NCBI GenBank assembly: GCA_007125955.1
Contig: SLCF01000025.1
Span: 8,105 to 72,104 of the forward strand
Reading direction: 5' to 3'
DNA: 64,000 nt
From: Bacteroidales bacterium
GTDB taxonomy: Bacteria; Bacteroidota; Bacteroidia; Bacteroidales; PUMT01
The notes under the pieces are model-generated. The model was not told the origin of the DNA. It saw nothing but the letters and a program-made list of their open reading frames with translations, and ran no database searches. Of this stretch, positions 1 to 9,594 are shown piece by piece. Within the stretch, counting starts at the first letter, position 1; every line of letters starts with the position of its first letter. The position numbers and the translations under genes were made by a program.

Positions 1-164
1 ATAAACCGCCCTGGCAGCAGGCAAGCCATTACCATCAGGATACAAAAAGTTTACAAAGATAGATTTATGTTTGTAAAAAAACAATTGCCTGTTTGCCAAA
101 ACAAAGGCAACAGTGGATGAGGCTCCTCTGGTTCCGGTCTGCATGGTGGAAGTAAACGACTGTA

Positions 165-764
165 CTACTTGCCAAGCTGCTGCTTCACAATTTTTGTAAT
201 ATACTTCCCAATAACATCAAACTCAATGTTTACAACAGTACCGGGTTTTATCTGGTGGAAGTTTGTCACTTCATAAGTAAAGGGTATTACAGCCACTTCA
301 AAGGATCTTTCTTTTGAATTAACAACGGTCATACTTACACCGTTAATGGAAACGGATCCTTTTTCCACAGTTATAAAGTCGTCCGAGGAAGGTTCGTAAT
401 CAAAAGTGAAGTACCAGCTGCCTTCAGCTTCCCTTACTCCGCTGCAGGTTGCGGTTTGGTCAACATGCCCCTGGACAAGGTGTCCATCCAGCAGACTGTC
501 CATCCGGAGACTGCGTTCGAGATTTACTTTATCACCCGGCTTAAGGAGACCAAGGTTCGATTTATCCAGGGTTTCTTTAATTGCGGTTACTGTAAATGTT
601 TTACCGGTGGTTTTTACCACTGTAAGGCATACACCGTTATGTGAGACACTCTGGTCTATCTTCAGCTCATTCGCAAACGAGCATTCCATGGTTATATGAA
701 GATTCCCCTTTTCCTTTTTCAGATCAACAACAGGGGCCGCTTCCTCTACAATTCCTGAAAACAT
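165..764 (-). CDS. ribE: riboflavin synthase
   Basis: ORF 165..824. The internal ATG at 764 gives the canonical N-terminus MFSGIVEE. Two homologous half-domains are visible (SVSHNGVCLTV and SVSINGVSMTV). Confidence 0.85.
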   Translation of the reverse strand: MFSGIVEEAAPVVDLKKEKGNLHITMECSFANELKIDQSVSHNGVCLTVVKTTGKTFTVTAIKETLDKSNLGLLKPGDKVNLERSLRMDSLLDGHLVQGHVDQTATCSGVREAEGSWYFTFDYEPSSDDFITVEKGSVSINGVSMTVVNSKERSFEVAVIPFTYEVTNFHQIKPGTVVNIEFDVIGKYITKIVKQQLGK

Positions 765-1016
765 ATTCTTTAACGATTTAAAATTTCCGATGGCTAAAAT
801 AATCAATATTTTAATTACCGGCAAACTGCAAAATACCGGTTGAGACTTTATATTTTATGGGATCCTGGGAAGCAATCCATGAAATTGGAACACATTTTTT
901 AAAGGAAAGCTTATTAATACCGGCGAATCCGGAAAAAAAATTCTCAGAAACCGGGTTTTGTTTTTTAGTCTCTGTTTTTTAATTTAATTTTCTCCTTTGA
1001 ATTAATACGTTTTAAC

Positions 1017-2042
1017 ATGATACTTGTAACAGGCGGCACAGGATTCCTCGGCTCACACCTCCTTTTCAGCCTTGCCGGGGGGAATAAAAAGATAAGGGCC
1101 CTGCAAAGAAACAGATCTTCTATTGATAGCGTCAGGAAAGTTTTCAGTTATTATACCGATAATGTTGAAGAATTTTTCAGCAGAATAAGCTGGGTTGAAG
1201 GTGACATGCTGGATCCCTTCTCTCTTGAGGATGCGCTTGATGGAGTAAGCCGGGTATATCATGCTGCCTCCGCAGTATCATTCGACCCCTCGGACAGACT
1301 ATCGGTTATAAATAACAACATTGAAGGAACCTCCAATCTGGTTTATGCCTGTTTGAAAAATGGTGTTGAAAAGTTATGTTACGTCAGTTCTGTTGCTGCT
1401 ATAGGAAAAGGAAATGAAGGGGAGCTGACAACGGAAAAAGATATATGGAAATATTCCAAAAGAAAGAGCGCCTATTCTACAGGTAAATTCCATTCAGAGA
1501 TGGAAGTCTGGAGGGGTATTAACGAGGGACTGAATGCAGTGATAGTCAATCCCTCTGTTATACTTGGACCGGGTAACTGGACAAGCGGAAGCCCTTCGTT
1601 TTTTTACCGGGTATACCGGGGGATGAAATACTATACAAAAGGTGTAACCGGTTTTGTTGATGTAAGGGATGTTTGCAGCTGCATGAGAGGACTTATGGAA
1701 AGTCCTGTTACAGGGGAACGTTTTATTCTCAATTCCGAAAATTTGTTATACAAGGAGTTGTTCGATCTGATCGCCGGTGCTCTCGGAAAGCCCGGGCCAA
1801 ATGTGTATGCATCCGATAAAATGCTTGAAATGGGATGGAGGCTTGAATGGCTGAGAAGCAAATTGTTCTTTTCCAAACCCGTTTTCACAAAAGAGATGGC
1901 AAGGGCGGGCAGGAGCAGGACCTTCTATTCAAATGAAAAAATAAGGGAAACACTGCCTTTTGCATTCAGGCCGGTCAGGGAAACGGTTGAATGGACAGCC
2001 CGGATTTTCCTTGAGGAGACTGGCCGGAAGAACGGTTTATGA
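1017..2042 (+). CDS. NAD-dependent epimerase/dehydratase family protein (extended SDR)
   Basis: N-terminal Rossmann motif VTGGTGFLGSHL and a YxxxK catalytic motif (YSTGK). Substrate not assignable. Confidence 0.8.
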   Translation: MILVTGGTGFLGSHLLFSLAGGNKKIRALQRNRSSIDSVRKVFSYYTDNVEEFFSRISWVEGDMLDPFSLEDALDGVSRVYHAASAVSFDPSDRLSVINNNIEGTSNLVYACLKNGVEKLCYVSSVAAIGKGNEGELTTEKDIWKYSKRKSAYSTGKFHSEMEVWRGINEGLNAVIVNPSVILGPGNWTSGSPSFFYRVYRGMKYYTKGVTGFVDVRDVCSCMRGLMESPVTGERFILNSENLLYKELFDLIAGALGKPGPNVYASDKMLEMGWRLEWLRSKLFFSKPVFTKEMARAGRSRTFYSNEKIRETLPFAFRPVRETVEWTARIFLEETGRKNGL

Positions 2043-2047
2043 TAAAG

Positions 2048-2863
2048 CTAAAGAAGCAAAAGCAGCGACACGGCCATAACTGCCATCCCGCCCACAAGAC
2101 CGTATACCGAAAGATGGTGTTCCCCGTACTCCCTTGCTGCAGGGAGAAGCTCGTCAAATGATATGAAGACCATAATGCCGGCAACTGAAGCATAAGTTAT
2201 TCCGAACACCACATCGTTCATAAACGGTCCCAGAATGAGAAATCCGGTAATTGCTCCCACAGGTTCCGCCAGTCCGGAAAGAAAAGAATAGACAAAAGCT
2301 TTGCGCCTGCTCCCTGTTGCATAATAGATAGGTACGGAAATCGCTATACCTTCAGGGATATTGTGTATTGCAATTGCAATTGCAATAGGGATGCCAATTG
2401 AGAGATCTGACAATGCAGCAAAAAAAACGGCCATGCCCTCGGGAAAATTGTGTATTGCAATTGCAACGGCAGTGAATACTCCTAACCGCTTGAGCTTGAT
2501 TTTCTTCCTTAGCTCTATGTCATTGCTGCCAAGGTCCTCTACCTTCCTTATTTCGTGAGGGTTTTCTGCTGAAGGAACCAGTCTGTCAATAATTCCAATA
2601 AAGAATATCCCTCCAAAAAATGACAGCACATTTATCCAGTTTCCCTTACCTTTTCCCAGTTCGGCCACAAGCTTTTCCTGGGCGGAGAAAAAGATCTCTA
2701 CCATGGATATATAGATCATTACGCCGGCAGAAAAACCAAGAGCGATTGCAAGGAATCTGGTATTGGTGGTTTTGGCGAAAAATGCAATAGCACTTCCTAT
2801 CCCGGTTGCCAGTCCGGCAAACAAGGTGATCAGCAGGGCGGTAATGACCTCGGTTGTGAACAT
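2048..2863 (-). CDS. zupT: ZIP-family zinc transporter ZupT
   Basis: Multi-TM protein with duplicated HNFPEGMAV / HNIPEGIAI metal-binding motifs typical of ZupT. Confidence 0.85.
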   Translation of the reverse strand: MFTTEVITALLITLFAGLATGIGSAIAFFAKTTNTRFLAIALGFSAGVMIYISMVEIFFSAQEKLVAELGKGKGNWINVLSFFGGIFFIGIIDRLVPSAENPHEIRKVEDLGSNDIELRKKIKLKRLGVFTAVAIAIHNFPEGMAVFFAALSDLSIGIPIAIAIAIHNIPEGIAISVPIYYATGSRRKAFVYSFLSGLAEPVGAITGFLILGPFMNDVVFGITYASVAGIMVFISFDELLPAAREYGEHHLSVYGLVGGMAVMAVSLLLLL

Positions 2864-2898
2864 TTATCCGGTTTTTTCAAAAATACAAATATGTAAAT

Positions 2899-4581
2899 TT
2901 AAAATCCCATTTGAAAGCCAAATGTAAATGTATTGTTCCAGCCGTGAAAAATTTCTGGTGTGAACATATCAAGGTACTCCTGAGCTGTTAAACCGTCAAC
3001 GTCGTAACCCCTGATGTTTTTCTGGTGAAATTCTGCAAACAGGCTTATGTTATTGTAAAATATGTACCTGGAACTGAAAGAGAGTGTGTTGTTCCTCCAG
3101 ACTACATCTTTCATGAAAGGATCCCTGTCAACCGGCCCCTCACCGTACAGATAAGGCGTCACATTACCTTTTTCTGCAAGCAGGTAAGAAACAGAGAGGT
3201 TCAGTTTTTTCAGCAGTTTTGCATCTAATGAGAAATAAAGTTCACGGGAGTTGTCAGTCAGATAATGCCCCAGGTTGAAACGGTTTGTCTCAAAAGTGGT
3301 TGAGGGAGTCCGGTGCTGGTATGTTTTTGGGTAAGTAAAGGTGTATTCTGCAGTTAGCGCGACGTCTTTTACCGGCCAGTTACTCAGCCTGAATCCTGCT
3401 TTAGTCCCTGTAAAATTGGTTCGTTCACTGTCACCTATACGTGTAACTGAAAACTCATCGACAAACCATGTGCCATAAAGATGCAGGTGTTTTATATTGC
3501 GGCTGCTAACATTTATAAACATTGCGGAGTTATGGTTGTGCCCTGTTCCCTGGCTTTGAGTGTGCACAATTGACTTAAAAAAAGAGAAAGGAATCAGATA
3601 GCCGGGATATACATCCATGTCGCTGTATATTATTGAATTTCCAATTGAAAAATCCAGACGCTCGAACGGAGTGAAAGTGAACATATTCACGGAAATATAC
3701 TTGGGCGTGTAGATTATTCTTTCGGGAGCACCATCGTAAGGTGTGTAGCTGCGGATACTGTCAACTTCCTTAGATACAAGCCATCCATGGTGATAATTGA
3801 AATTGAGCCACGGGGCGGGATTCATGTGCAGTTTAACCATTGGGTATGAAGGAGTGCGTCCAGATAAAATGCTGGCACCGTGGTAATTATCTCCCATCAT
3901 TACATGGTCTTTTTCGAAGCTGAGGCTTCCCCATGACCACGACCAGGATATACCCGCCCTCATTTCACTGAATTCGCCACCTTTGCCGCCACCGGTTAGT
4001 CCTTTGTAAGCTCCTCCCTGCGACTGGCTTAGGTATGAGGGTCTTGCCAGCCTGCCTCCCTTTTGCTGATTGTCACGCAGACTTGCCCAAACAGACCAGT
4101 TGTCCCCAATATAGGAGTGAGCAGAAAGACCTCCCCAGGTATGTCTTATATTACCGTTTTCATTTGTGTAATAATGTATTCCGTAAACCGGCTTCAGGCT
4201 GAACCTGAAGAGAGAATCCCTGTAGTTCATAACCGGGGGCAAAATACTCCATATGAATGTTGAATCCCTTTTAATGAGTGCAAGCCTGCTTTTTATTCCA
4301 TTCTGCAGCTCAGGGGCAAAATCGGTAAGGTACATTTCAACTTCATGGAGCTGCCTTTGGGTGAGTTTCTCTTTTTTGGAGTAAGCCTCTTCGAGTTTTT
4401 CAGCAATGAAAGTACGGGAGTAGGGCTTTACTGCTGAGGAAAGAGTTATTACATGATCACTTGCCAGTTCATCCAGGAAATCGTACAGCGGTCTGTTTGA
4501 AATATGTTCCGGCACTGCCTGTCCGTAAAAGAATGGACAAAATAAAAAGAGTGCAGCAATTATGGTCAGGTATGTTTTCAT
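2899..4581 (-). CDS. outer-membrane protein, capsule-assembly Wzi-like
   Basis: ORF 2899..4611. The ATG at 4581 gives signal peptide MKTYLTIIAALFLF. The N-terminal helical segment (PLYDFLDELASDHVITLSSAVKPYSRTFIAEKL) resembles the Wzi N-terminus. The rest is Gly/aromatic-rich and beta-barrel-like, ending in F. It is the last gene of the wza-wzc-upxY string. Confidence 0.55.
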   Translation of the reverse strand: MKTYLTIIAALFLFCPFFYGQAVPEHISNRPLYDFLDELASDHVITLSSAVKPYSRTFIAEKLEEAYSKKEKLTQRQLHEVEMYLTDFAPELQNGIKSRLALIKRDSTFIWSILPPVMNYRDSLFRFSLKPVYGIHYYTNENGNIRHTWGGLSAHSYIGDNWSVWASLRDNQQKGGRLARPSYLSQSQGGAYKGLTGGGKGGEFSEMRAGISWSWSWGSLSFEKDHVMMGDNYHGASILSGRTPSYPMVKLHMNPAPWLNFNYHHGWLVSKEVDSIRSYTPYDGAPERIIYTPKYISVNMFTFTPFERLDFSIGNSIIYSDMDVYPGYLIPFSFFKSIVHTQSQGTGHNHNSAMFINVSSRNIKHLHLYGTWFVDEFSVTRIGDSERTNFTGTKAGFRLSNWPVKDVALTAEYTFTYPKTYQHRTPSTTFETNRFNLGHYLTDNSRELYFSLDAKLLKKLNLSVSYLLAEKGNVTPYLYGEGPVDRDPFMKDVVWRNNTLSFSSRYIFYNNISLFAEFHQKNIRGYDVDGLTAQEYLDMFTPEIFHGWNNTFTFGFQMGF

Positions 4582-4664
4582 TTTCAGGGCTCTGTTTCTA
4601 TATAAAAACAATTATAACGTAAGGTATCAAATAAACCATTAAGGAGATTAAACAGCCGGCCGTT

Positions 4665-5177
4665 TCACCTGTAAAGCTCCAGGAAACTCCTGGGGATCGT
4701 TATAAGTAGTGTATGACCTGTTTGCTCTATGCGCATCATCACTCTCTGCCTGCCCCGGTAGTCAACCAGGTGCCCTGTCATACCGAACAGTGGTCCGGTC
4801 ACCACCTTAACTTCATTTCCAACCTCAAGCCTTTCCTGTGTGACATCCATTTCAGATTCTGTGTCAATGAGCTTTTTAAGAATATTGATCTGTTCTTCAG
4901 GTATTGGAATAGCTTTCCCCTCAAATGTTATAAACCTTACAACACCTTTAGTGCTCAGTACATCCAGGTATTCATCAGAAGTAATGTTGACAAAAATATA
5001 GCATCGTAAAAGAGGCTCCTCAACAAGCTTACGCCTGTCGCTCCACTGTTTCATTTTTTTCTGCAGGGGTATCCATGCTTCGATTCCTTTTTCCTGCAAT
5101 AACCTGAGGGTTTTTTTTTCAAAACGGGATCTCGTTGACACCGCAAACCAGAGAGGATCCTTGTTGGCCAGGGGCAT
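4665..5177 (-). CDS. UpxY-family (NusG-like) transcription antiterminator
   Basis: NGN-like N-terminus (WFAVSTRSRFEKK..IEAWIPL) and a C-terminal KOW motif (GNEVKVVTGPLFGMTGHLV). Starts 4 nt after the wzc-like stop. Confidence 0.75.
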   Translation of the reverse strand: MPLANKDPLWFAVSTRSRFEKKTLRLLQEKGIEAWIPLQKKMKQWSDRRKLVEEPLLRCYIFVNITSDEYLDVLSTKGVVRFITFEGKAIPIPEEQINILKKLIDTESEMDVTQERLEVGNEVKVVTGPLFGMTGHLVDYRGRQRVMMRIEQTGHTLLITIPRSFLELYR

Positions 5178-5181
5178 GATG

Positions 5182-7545
5182 CTATAATTTTAAAAACCGT
5201 TTTACTTTACCCTTAATACCGGAGCGATTATCCTCTTCAACATAGTAACCGTGACTCATATATTGATTATAGCCGTAGCCGTAATAGCCGGACACCTTAA
5301 CATCATTTACAATAATGCTTATATTGCGGAATTCTTTATTATTATACAAGTCATTTATAAGGTCAAGAACCTGTTTACGGGAGAAACCCTGCCGGATTAC
5401 AAAAAGTGTAAGGTCACAGTAACGGTTGGCAATAATTGCATCAGTTACAAATGCTACAGGCGGAGTGTCAAAAATGATATATTCATACCTTTCTTTAACA
5501 ATTGAAATGAATTCGTTCATTTTTTCACCCTGAAGCAGTTCGGCAGGATTTGGAGGTACAGGTCCTGAAGTTACAATATCAAGGTATTCATTCCCGGAAT
5601 TCCTTATAATATCATCTATACCACTGTTGCCAATCAGATAAGTGCTCAGGCCTGCTGTTTTACTTAAACCAAAAATTGAGTTTATCCTTGGTTTCCTGAG
5701 ATCAAGTCCAACCAGCAATGTTTTTTTCCCGGACAGGGCAATGATTGATGCCAGGTTTACAGCACAGAAGGTTTTTCCCTCACCGGTAACTGTTGATGTA
5801 ATAGAAATAACATGTTTATCCCCCTTTTTAAGCATGTACTGGAGGTTTGTCCTGAGCGCCCTGAAAGACTCTGCTATTCCTGACTTGGGATTTTCATGCA
5901 CCGGTATTTCTGTGGGGAAACGGTTGTGTCCAATTGTCCCTGCAACAGGGACGTTTGTTTTGTGCTCAATTTCACTTTTATCAATGATCTTTGTATTGAA
6001 GAAGTCGCGTAATATTATTAGCAATACAGGAAGCCCAAATCCTGCAAAAAAAGCAAGAAAATAATTCCTGGATCGCTTGGGGCTGACCATTGTTGCATGC
6101 TCTGCACGTGCAGAATCGAGGATACGGTTATCTGATATATTTGCTGCTTTTGCTATGCTGGCCTCGGCTCTCTTTTCCATAAGGTAAGTATAGAGCTCAT
6201 TGTTCAGATTGAACCTTCTTTCCATTCTCAGCATTTGCCTCTCCCTCAGAGGAAGACGCATAATGTCCTCCTCCACTTCTCCTATCCGTTCTTCCACATC
6301 CCTGATAGCAATTTCGTTGGCAGCAAGCATGGATTGAACATTCTCATTAAGGGCTGCTGTTGCATTTTCTATTACCTGCTCTATTTGTTTTATCCTGGGG
6401 TTATTCTCCTGTGCATTGAAACCCAGGATGCTCCTTTCCCTGTATAGTTCATTCAGCTGCTCAATCAGTGAGTTCAGAAGCGGATCTGAAATACCTATTG
6501 CAGACGGTGCTATAATGTCATTATAAATTGCTTTTTCCGACAGGTAGCTTAGCAGGTAATTGTAGTATTTCTGTTTAATATTTAGTTCAATCTTTTCATT
6601 GTGAAAACTTTCCATTTTATTGAAGATAATCTGCCCTTCCTGCCCCAGGTTCATTATCTTATGTTCCAGCCTGAAACTTTCAAGTTCATTTTCCACACTG
6701 TTAAGGGAGTCAGTTATATCGACAAGCTGATCATCAATAAAATCTATTGTATTAATTGCTGTCTGGTTTTTTTCCTCAAGATCCATCCTGATAAAAAGCT
6801 CCATAAGTTTATTAAGGAAATCTGCTTCCTGTGAGGGCACTTTTCCGGTTGAGGAAAGGAACAGAACAGAACCGGTTGTCGGGTCGTTTACCTCTATATT
6901 GAGTTTCCTTCTGTAACGGTTGGCAAGAGAGTTGAGGTTGTTTATGGTGAAATAATACCTCTCATGCCTGTAATCTTCGTTTTCAAGTGTAATATTGAAA
7001 TTGAACATTTCATGTTCAAACTGTTCACCAAACTCCATAATTTTGTCCACCCCAATGTCGTCATCAATTTCAAGTCTGTATTCATTTTCGGACAGTATTG
7101 TAACATATACCGGATACCCTCTTCTTTGGAAACGTGAAGTGTCCGGGTGAACGCTTATATCTGAATTCCTGTACATTTCGGAATTTTTAAACCTTCCAAC
7201 CGCAACATAGGTAATGTCAAAGTCAAGCTCTTCAATTGCACGCCTGCTGAGTGTAAAAGAGCGAAGGACTTCCATCTGGTTTTGTGTGGTAGTACGGGAC
7301 TGCACCAGCTCAAAACTTTCAATGAAACCTTCAAGTCCGCCCGGCCGCATCCGTTCGTGGCGGACCATAACGGTAGCCCCGCCAACATTATAGACAGGTT
7401 CAGAAAACCTGTTTATGTAGTATGCCACTCCATATGCAAGTAAAATTGATATTACAAACCAGTACCAGTTTCTCAACCCCCTGGAAAGGTACTTTTTTAT
7501 ATCAATGGTCTCTTCCTGGAAAAATTGCTCTTTTTGGTTATCCAT
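5182..7545 (-). CDS. polysaccharide co-polymerase / tyrosine autokinase (Wzc/BY-kinase family)
   Basis: N-terminal TM segment, long coiled-coil periplasmic region and a second TM. Walker A TGEGKTF, Walker B IIFDTPPV, and a C-terminal Tyr cluster SGYYGYGYNQYMSHGYY. Confidence 0.85.
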   Translation of the reverse strand: MDNQKEQFFQEETIDIKKYLSRGLRNWYWFVISILLAYGVAYYINRFSEPVYNVGGATVMVRHERMRPGGLEGFIESFELVQSRTTTQNQMEVLRSFTLSRRAIEELDFDITYVAVGRFKNSEMYRNSDISVHPDTSRFQRRGYPVYVTILSENEYRLEIDDDIGVDKIMEFGEQFEHEMFNFNITLENEDYRHERYYFTINNLNSLANRYRRKLNIEVNDPTTGSVLFLSSTGKVPSQEADFLNKLMELFIRMDLEEKNQTAINTIDFIDDQLVDITDSLNSVENELESFRLEHKIMNLGQEGQIIFNKMESFHNEKIELNIKQKYYNYLLSYLSEKAIYNDIIAPSAIGISDPLLNSLIEQLNELYRERSILGFNAQENNPRIKQIEQVIENATAALNENVQSMLAANEIAIRDVEERIGEVEEDIMRLPLRERQMLRMERRFNLNNELYTYLMEKRAEASIAKAANISDNRILDSARAEHATMVSPKRSRNYFLAFFAGFGLPVLLIILRDFFNTKIIDKSEIEHKTNVPVAGTIGHNRFPTEIPVHENPKSGIAESFRALRTNLQYMLKKGDKHVISITSTVTGEGKTFCAVNLASIIALSGKKTLLVGLDLRKPRINSIFGLSKTAGLSTYLIGNSGIDDIIRNSGNEYLDIVTSGPVPPNPAELLQGEKMNEFISIVKERYEYIIFDTPPVAFVTDAIIANRYCDLTLFVIRQGFSRKQVLDLINDLYNNKEFRNISIIVNDVKVSGYYGYGYNQYMSHGYYVEEDNRSGIKGKVKRFLKL

Positions 7546-7551
7546 ATGGGG

Positions 7552-8310
7552 TTAATTGAAGAAATTGAGTAATAACAAAAACGTGCTGACGGCTGAAAAT
7601 GCAAGACTTATTGTGGGAATATTAAGATTGAAAGGTCTGCTTATGTTTGGTTCTACAATTATAACATCGTTTGGCTGAAGAAAATAGGCTTCAGAATTAA
7701 TGATGTCCGAAGATGTCAGGTCCACTTTCATGGTTTTTGTGTTGTTTTCACCCTGCCTCATAACCAGGACATTCGTGCGGTTACCATATTCCGTTATATT
7801 GCCTGCCCTGCCGATTGCTTCAAAAATGGTGAGGTGGTCAAGGTAGTTGTTGTATACTCCCGGTCTTGAAACTTCACCCAGAACGGTTACCCTGAAATTG
7901 AGAAGTTTCACTTCCACTTTTGCATCCTTGAACAGATCGTCCACCTCCTCCTGAATAACCGCCTTTACCTCTTGAATTGTATATCCTGCCACATGAATTT
8001 CCTCCAGCACCGGAAGAGTGATGAACCCTTGATCATTTACGCTGTAACCTTCAATATAAAGACCCGGCTCATTGGTCATTACCCTGTCCCTGTACCTTGT
8101 ATCCGGCTCGAACATTTCATGAAATGCCATATCAAGCGTAAGAACCCTTACATAAAGGAGGTCTCCCTTACGAATAGTATATTTATGTTTCTGTGGGAAA
8201 AATTCGGCAACCTCGTCAATATCCTGCATATATTTAAGCTGTCTGTTGTGTATGCAGGACTGGCCGGTCAACAGAATAAGAAAAAGTAAACCGATAGAGA
8301 CTCTTTGCAT
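7552..8310 (-). CDS. polysaccharide export outer-membrane protein (Wza-like)
   Basis: Signal peptide, Poly_export-type segment (IRKGDLLYVRV) and SLBB-like segment (VTVLGEVSRPGVY). Lies directly upstream of the BY-kinase gene. Confidence 0.8.
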   Translation of the reverse strand: MQRVSIGLLFLILLTGQSCIHNRQLKYMQDIDEVAEFFPQKHKYTIRKGDLLYVRVLTLDMAFHEMFEPDTRYRDRVMTNEPGLYIEGYSVNDQGFITLPVLEEIHVAGYTIQEVKAVIQEEVDDLFKDAKVEVKLLNFRVTVLGEVSRPGVYNNYLDHLTIFEAIGRAGNITEYGNRTNVLVMRQGENNTKTMKVDLTSSDIINSEAYFLQPNDVIIVEPNISRPFNLNIPTISLAFSAVSTFLLLLNFFN

Positions 8311-8340
8311 TATTGCGGGATATTATGATGTTTTAACCTG

Positions 8341-8348
8341 CAAACTTA
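8341..8348 (-). promoter_or_regulatory. candidate Bacteroidota -7 promoter box (TAAGTTTG) for the wza-like operon
   Basis: Plus-strand CAAACTTA is the reverse complement of TAnnTTTG. It lies about 31 nt upstream of the ATG at 8310. Confidence 0.45.
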
Positions 8349-8497
8349 TAAATTTTTTTACTTTAGATTGACCCTAATTATACGGAACAGTTTTTAAGAA
8401 GTTGTAAAATGAGAGGAATATTTAATTAATTGATGTCAAAATAGTTGTAAAATAAAGTATTCCAAGGGAAGCGTTTTTTTGTTTTATCGGGACTCTA

Positions 8498-8505
8498 TAT
8501 ATTTG
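8498..8505 (+). promoter_or_regulatory. candidate -7 promoter box (TATATTTG) for the sugar transferase gene
   Basis: Matches TAnnTTTG, 41 nt upstream of the ATG at 8546. Confidence 0.45.
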
Positions 8506-8545
8506 CGGGTAACTTTTCAGGTCGGGGTTCGTATATCTATTTGTC

Positions 8546-9583
8546 ATGAACGATTTTATAACTGAAGAAAAAACGGGGGAAAAGGTCAGGGAGTTGATTT
8601 TCAATCAACCAGACTGTAGCATTTCACGGAAGCTGGTAATTCCGGCAACATCTCCGGACGAACTTGACGATTATTCAGACAATACACTAAAATATATTTT
8701 CAACCCCGAGATTGTAAATAGCTTTACCGATATAAACGGGATTTTTTCAAAAACAAATTTAAAACTTGAGGAGAAAGGACTTTTTATAGGGTATGCAGAA
8801 ACCAAGGAGAAGAGAAAGGAGAGGATTCTGAAGATCTTACCTCTGCCTTTTAATTTTGTTTTTTATTCGTTCGATTTTCTTTTCAAGAGGGTTTTCCCAA
8901 AACTTCCGCTAACCAGGGATATTTATTATTTTATTACAAGGGGACGCAACAAGGTGCTTTCAAGGGCGGAAATTTTAGGGCGACTGCATATGAGCGGGTT
9001 TGAAATTCAAAATGAAGGATATACCGGTAAAAAGTTTTATTTTGTTGCCCGAAAAGTTTCACAGCCGAAACCGGATTCAGGGGAAGCGTCTGCTCCTCTA
9101 ATAACACTTGAAAGAGTCGGGAAGAACGGGGAAATTATCAGAGTTTACAAAATCAGGACTATGCATCCCTATTCCGAACATTTGCAGGATTATGTATACA
9201 AAATGAACAATCTGCAAACAAACGGGAAAATGAACGGCGATTTCAGAATAACTACTATTGGACGTTTTATGCGGCGTGTCTGGATTGATGAAATCCCTAT
9301 GATCATTAACTGGTTTATGGGCGAGCTGAAGCTGGTAGGGGTACGCCCTCTTAGTTACCAATATTTTTGCCTGTATGACAAAGAGTTGCAAATTAAAAGA
9401 ACAAGGCACAAGCCGGGGCTTGTGCCTCCCTATTATGCAGACCTGCCCGGTTCCCTTGAAGAAATAATGGAATCTGAATCCAGATACCTTGCCAGCTATG
9501 AGAAGAGCCCGATAACAACCGATATAAGGTATTTTTTCAGGGCATCATACAATATTCTCTTCAGGAGGGCCCGCAGCAACTGA
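8546..9583 (+). CDS. sugar transferase (polyprenyl-phosphate glycosyl-phosphotransferase family) with atypical N-terminal half
   Basis: The C-terminal half carries Bac_transf-type motifs (RVGKNGEIIRVYKIRTM; DEIPMIINWFMGELKLVGVRP). The N-terminal ~170 aa are mostly soluble-looking. Confidence 0.75.
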   Translation: MNDFITEEKTGEKVRELIFNQPDCSISRKLVIPATSPDELDDYSDNTLKYIFNPEIVNSFTDINGIFSKTNLKLEEKGLFIGYAETKEKRKERILKILPLPFNFVFYSFDFLFKRVFPKLPLTRDIYYFITRGRNKVLSRAEILGRLHMSGFEIQNEGYTGKKFYFVARKVSQPKPDSGEASAPLITLERVGKNGEIIRVYKIRTMHPYSEHLQDYVYKMNNLQTNGKMNGDFRITTIGRFMRRVWIDEIPMIINWFMGELKLVGVRPLSYQYFCLYDKELQIKRTRHKPGLVPPYYADLPGSLEEIMESESRYLASYEKSPITTDIRYFFRASYNILFRRARSN

Positions 9584-9594
9584 TATTAACTGTG

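Noticed and set aside
1-144. Edge fragments: a minus-strand ORF starting at the ATG at 144 (MQTGTRGASSTVAFVLANRQLFFYKHKSIF...) running off the left edge, and an overlapping plus-strand open frame ending near 117
   Set aside because: Both frames are open and too short to identify. The minus-strand one is plausibly a gene following ribE, but I cannot support a call.
765-1016. Possible FMN riboswitch upstream of ribE
   Set aside because: None of the conserved FMN-element strings could be found on either strand. The region looks like an ordinary divergent promoter region.
5642-6064. 140-aa plus-strand ORF within the BY-kinase gene
   Set aside because: It is antisense to a CDS with clear Walker motifs in that very interval. 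No independent support.
8422-8604. 60-aa minus-strand ORF in the wza / sugar-transferase divergent region
   Set aside because: It overlaps the sugar-transferase start and its candidate promoter. It is AT-rich with a low-complexity translation, so it is likely spurious.
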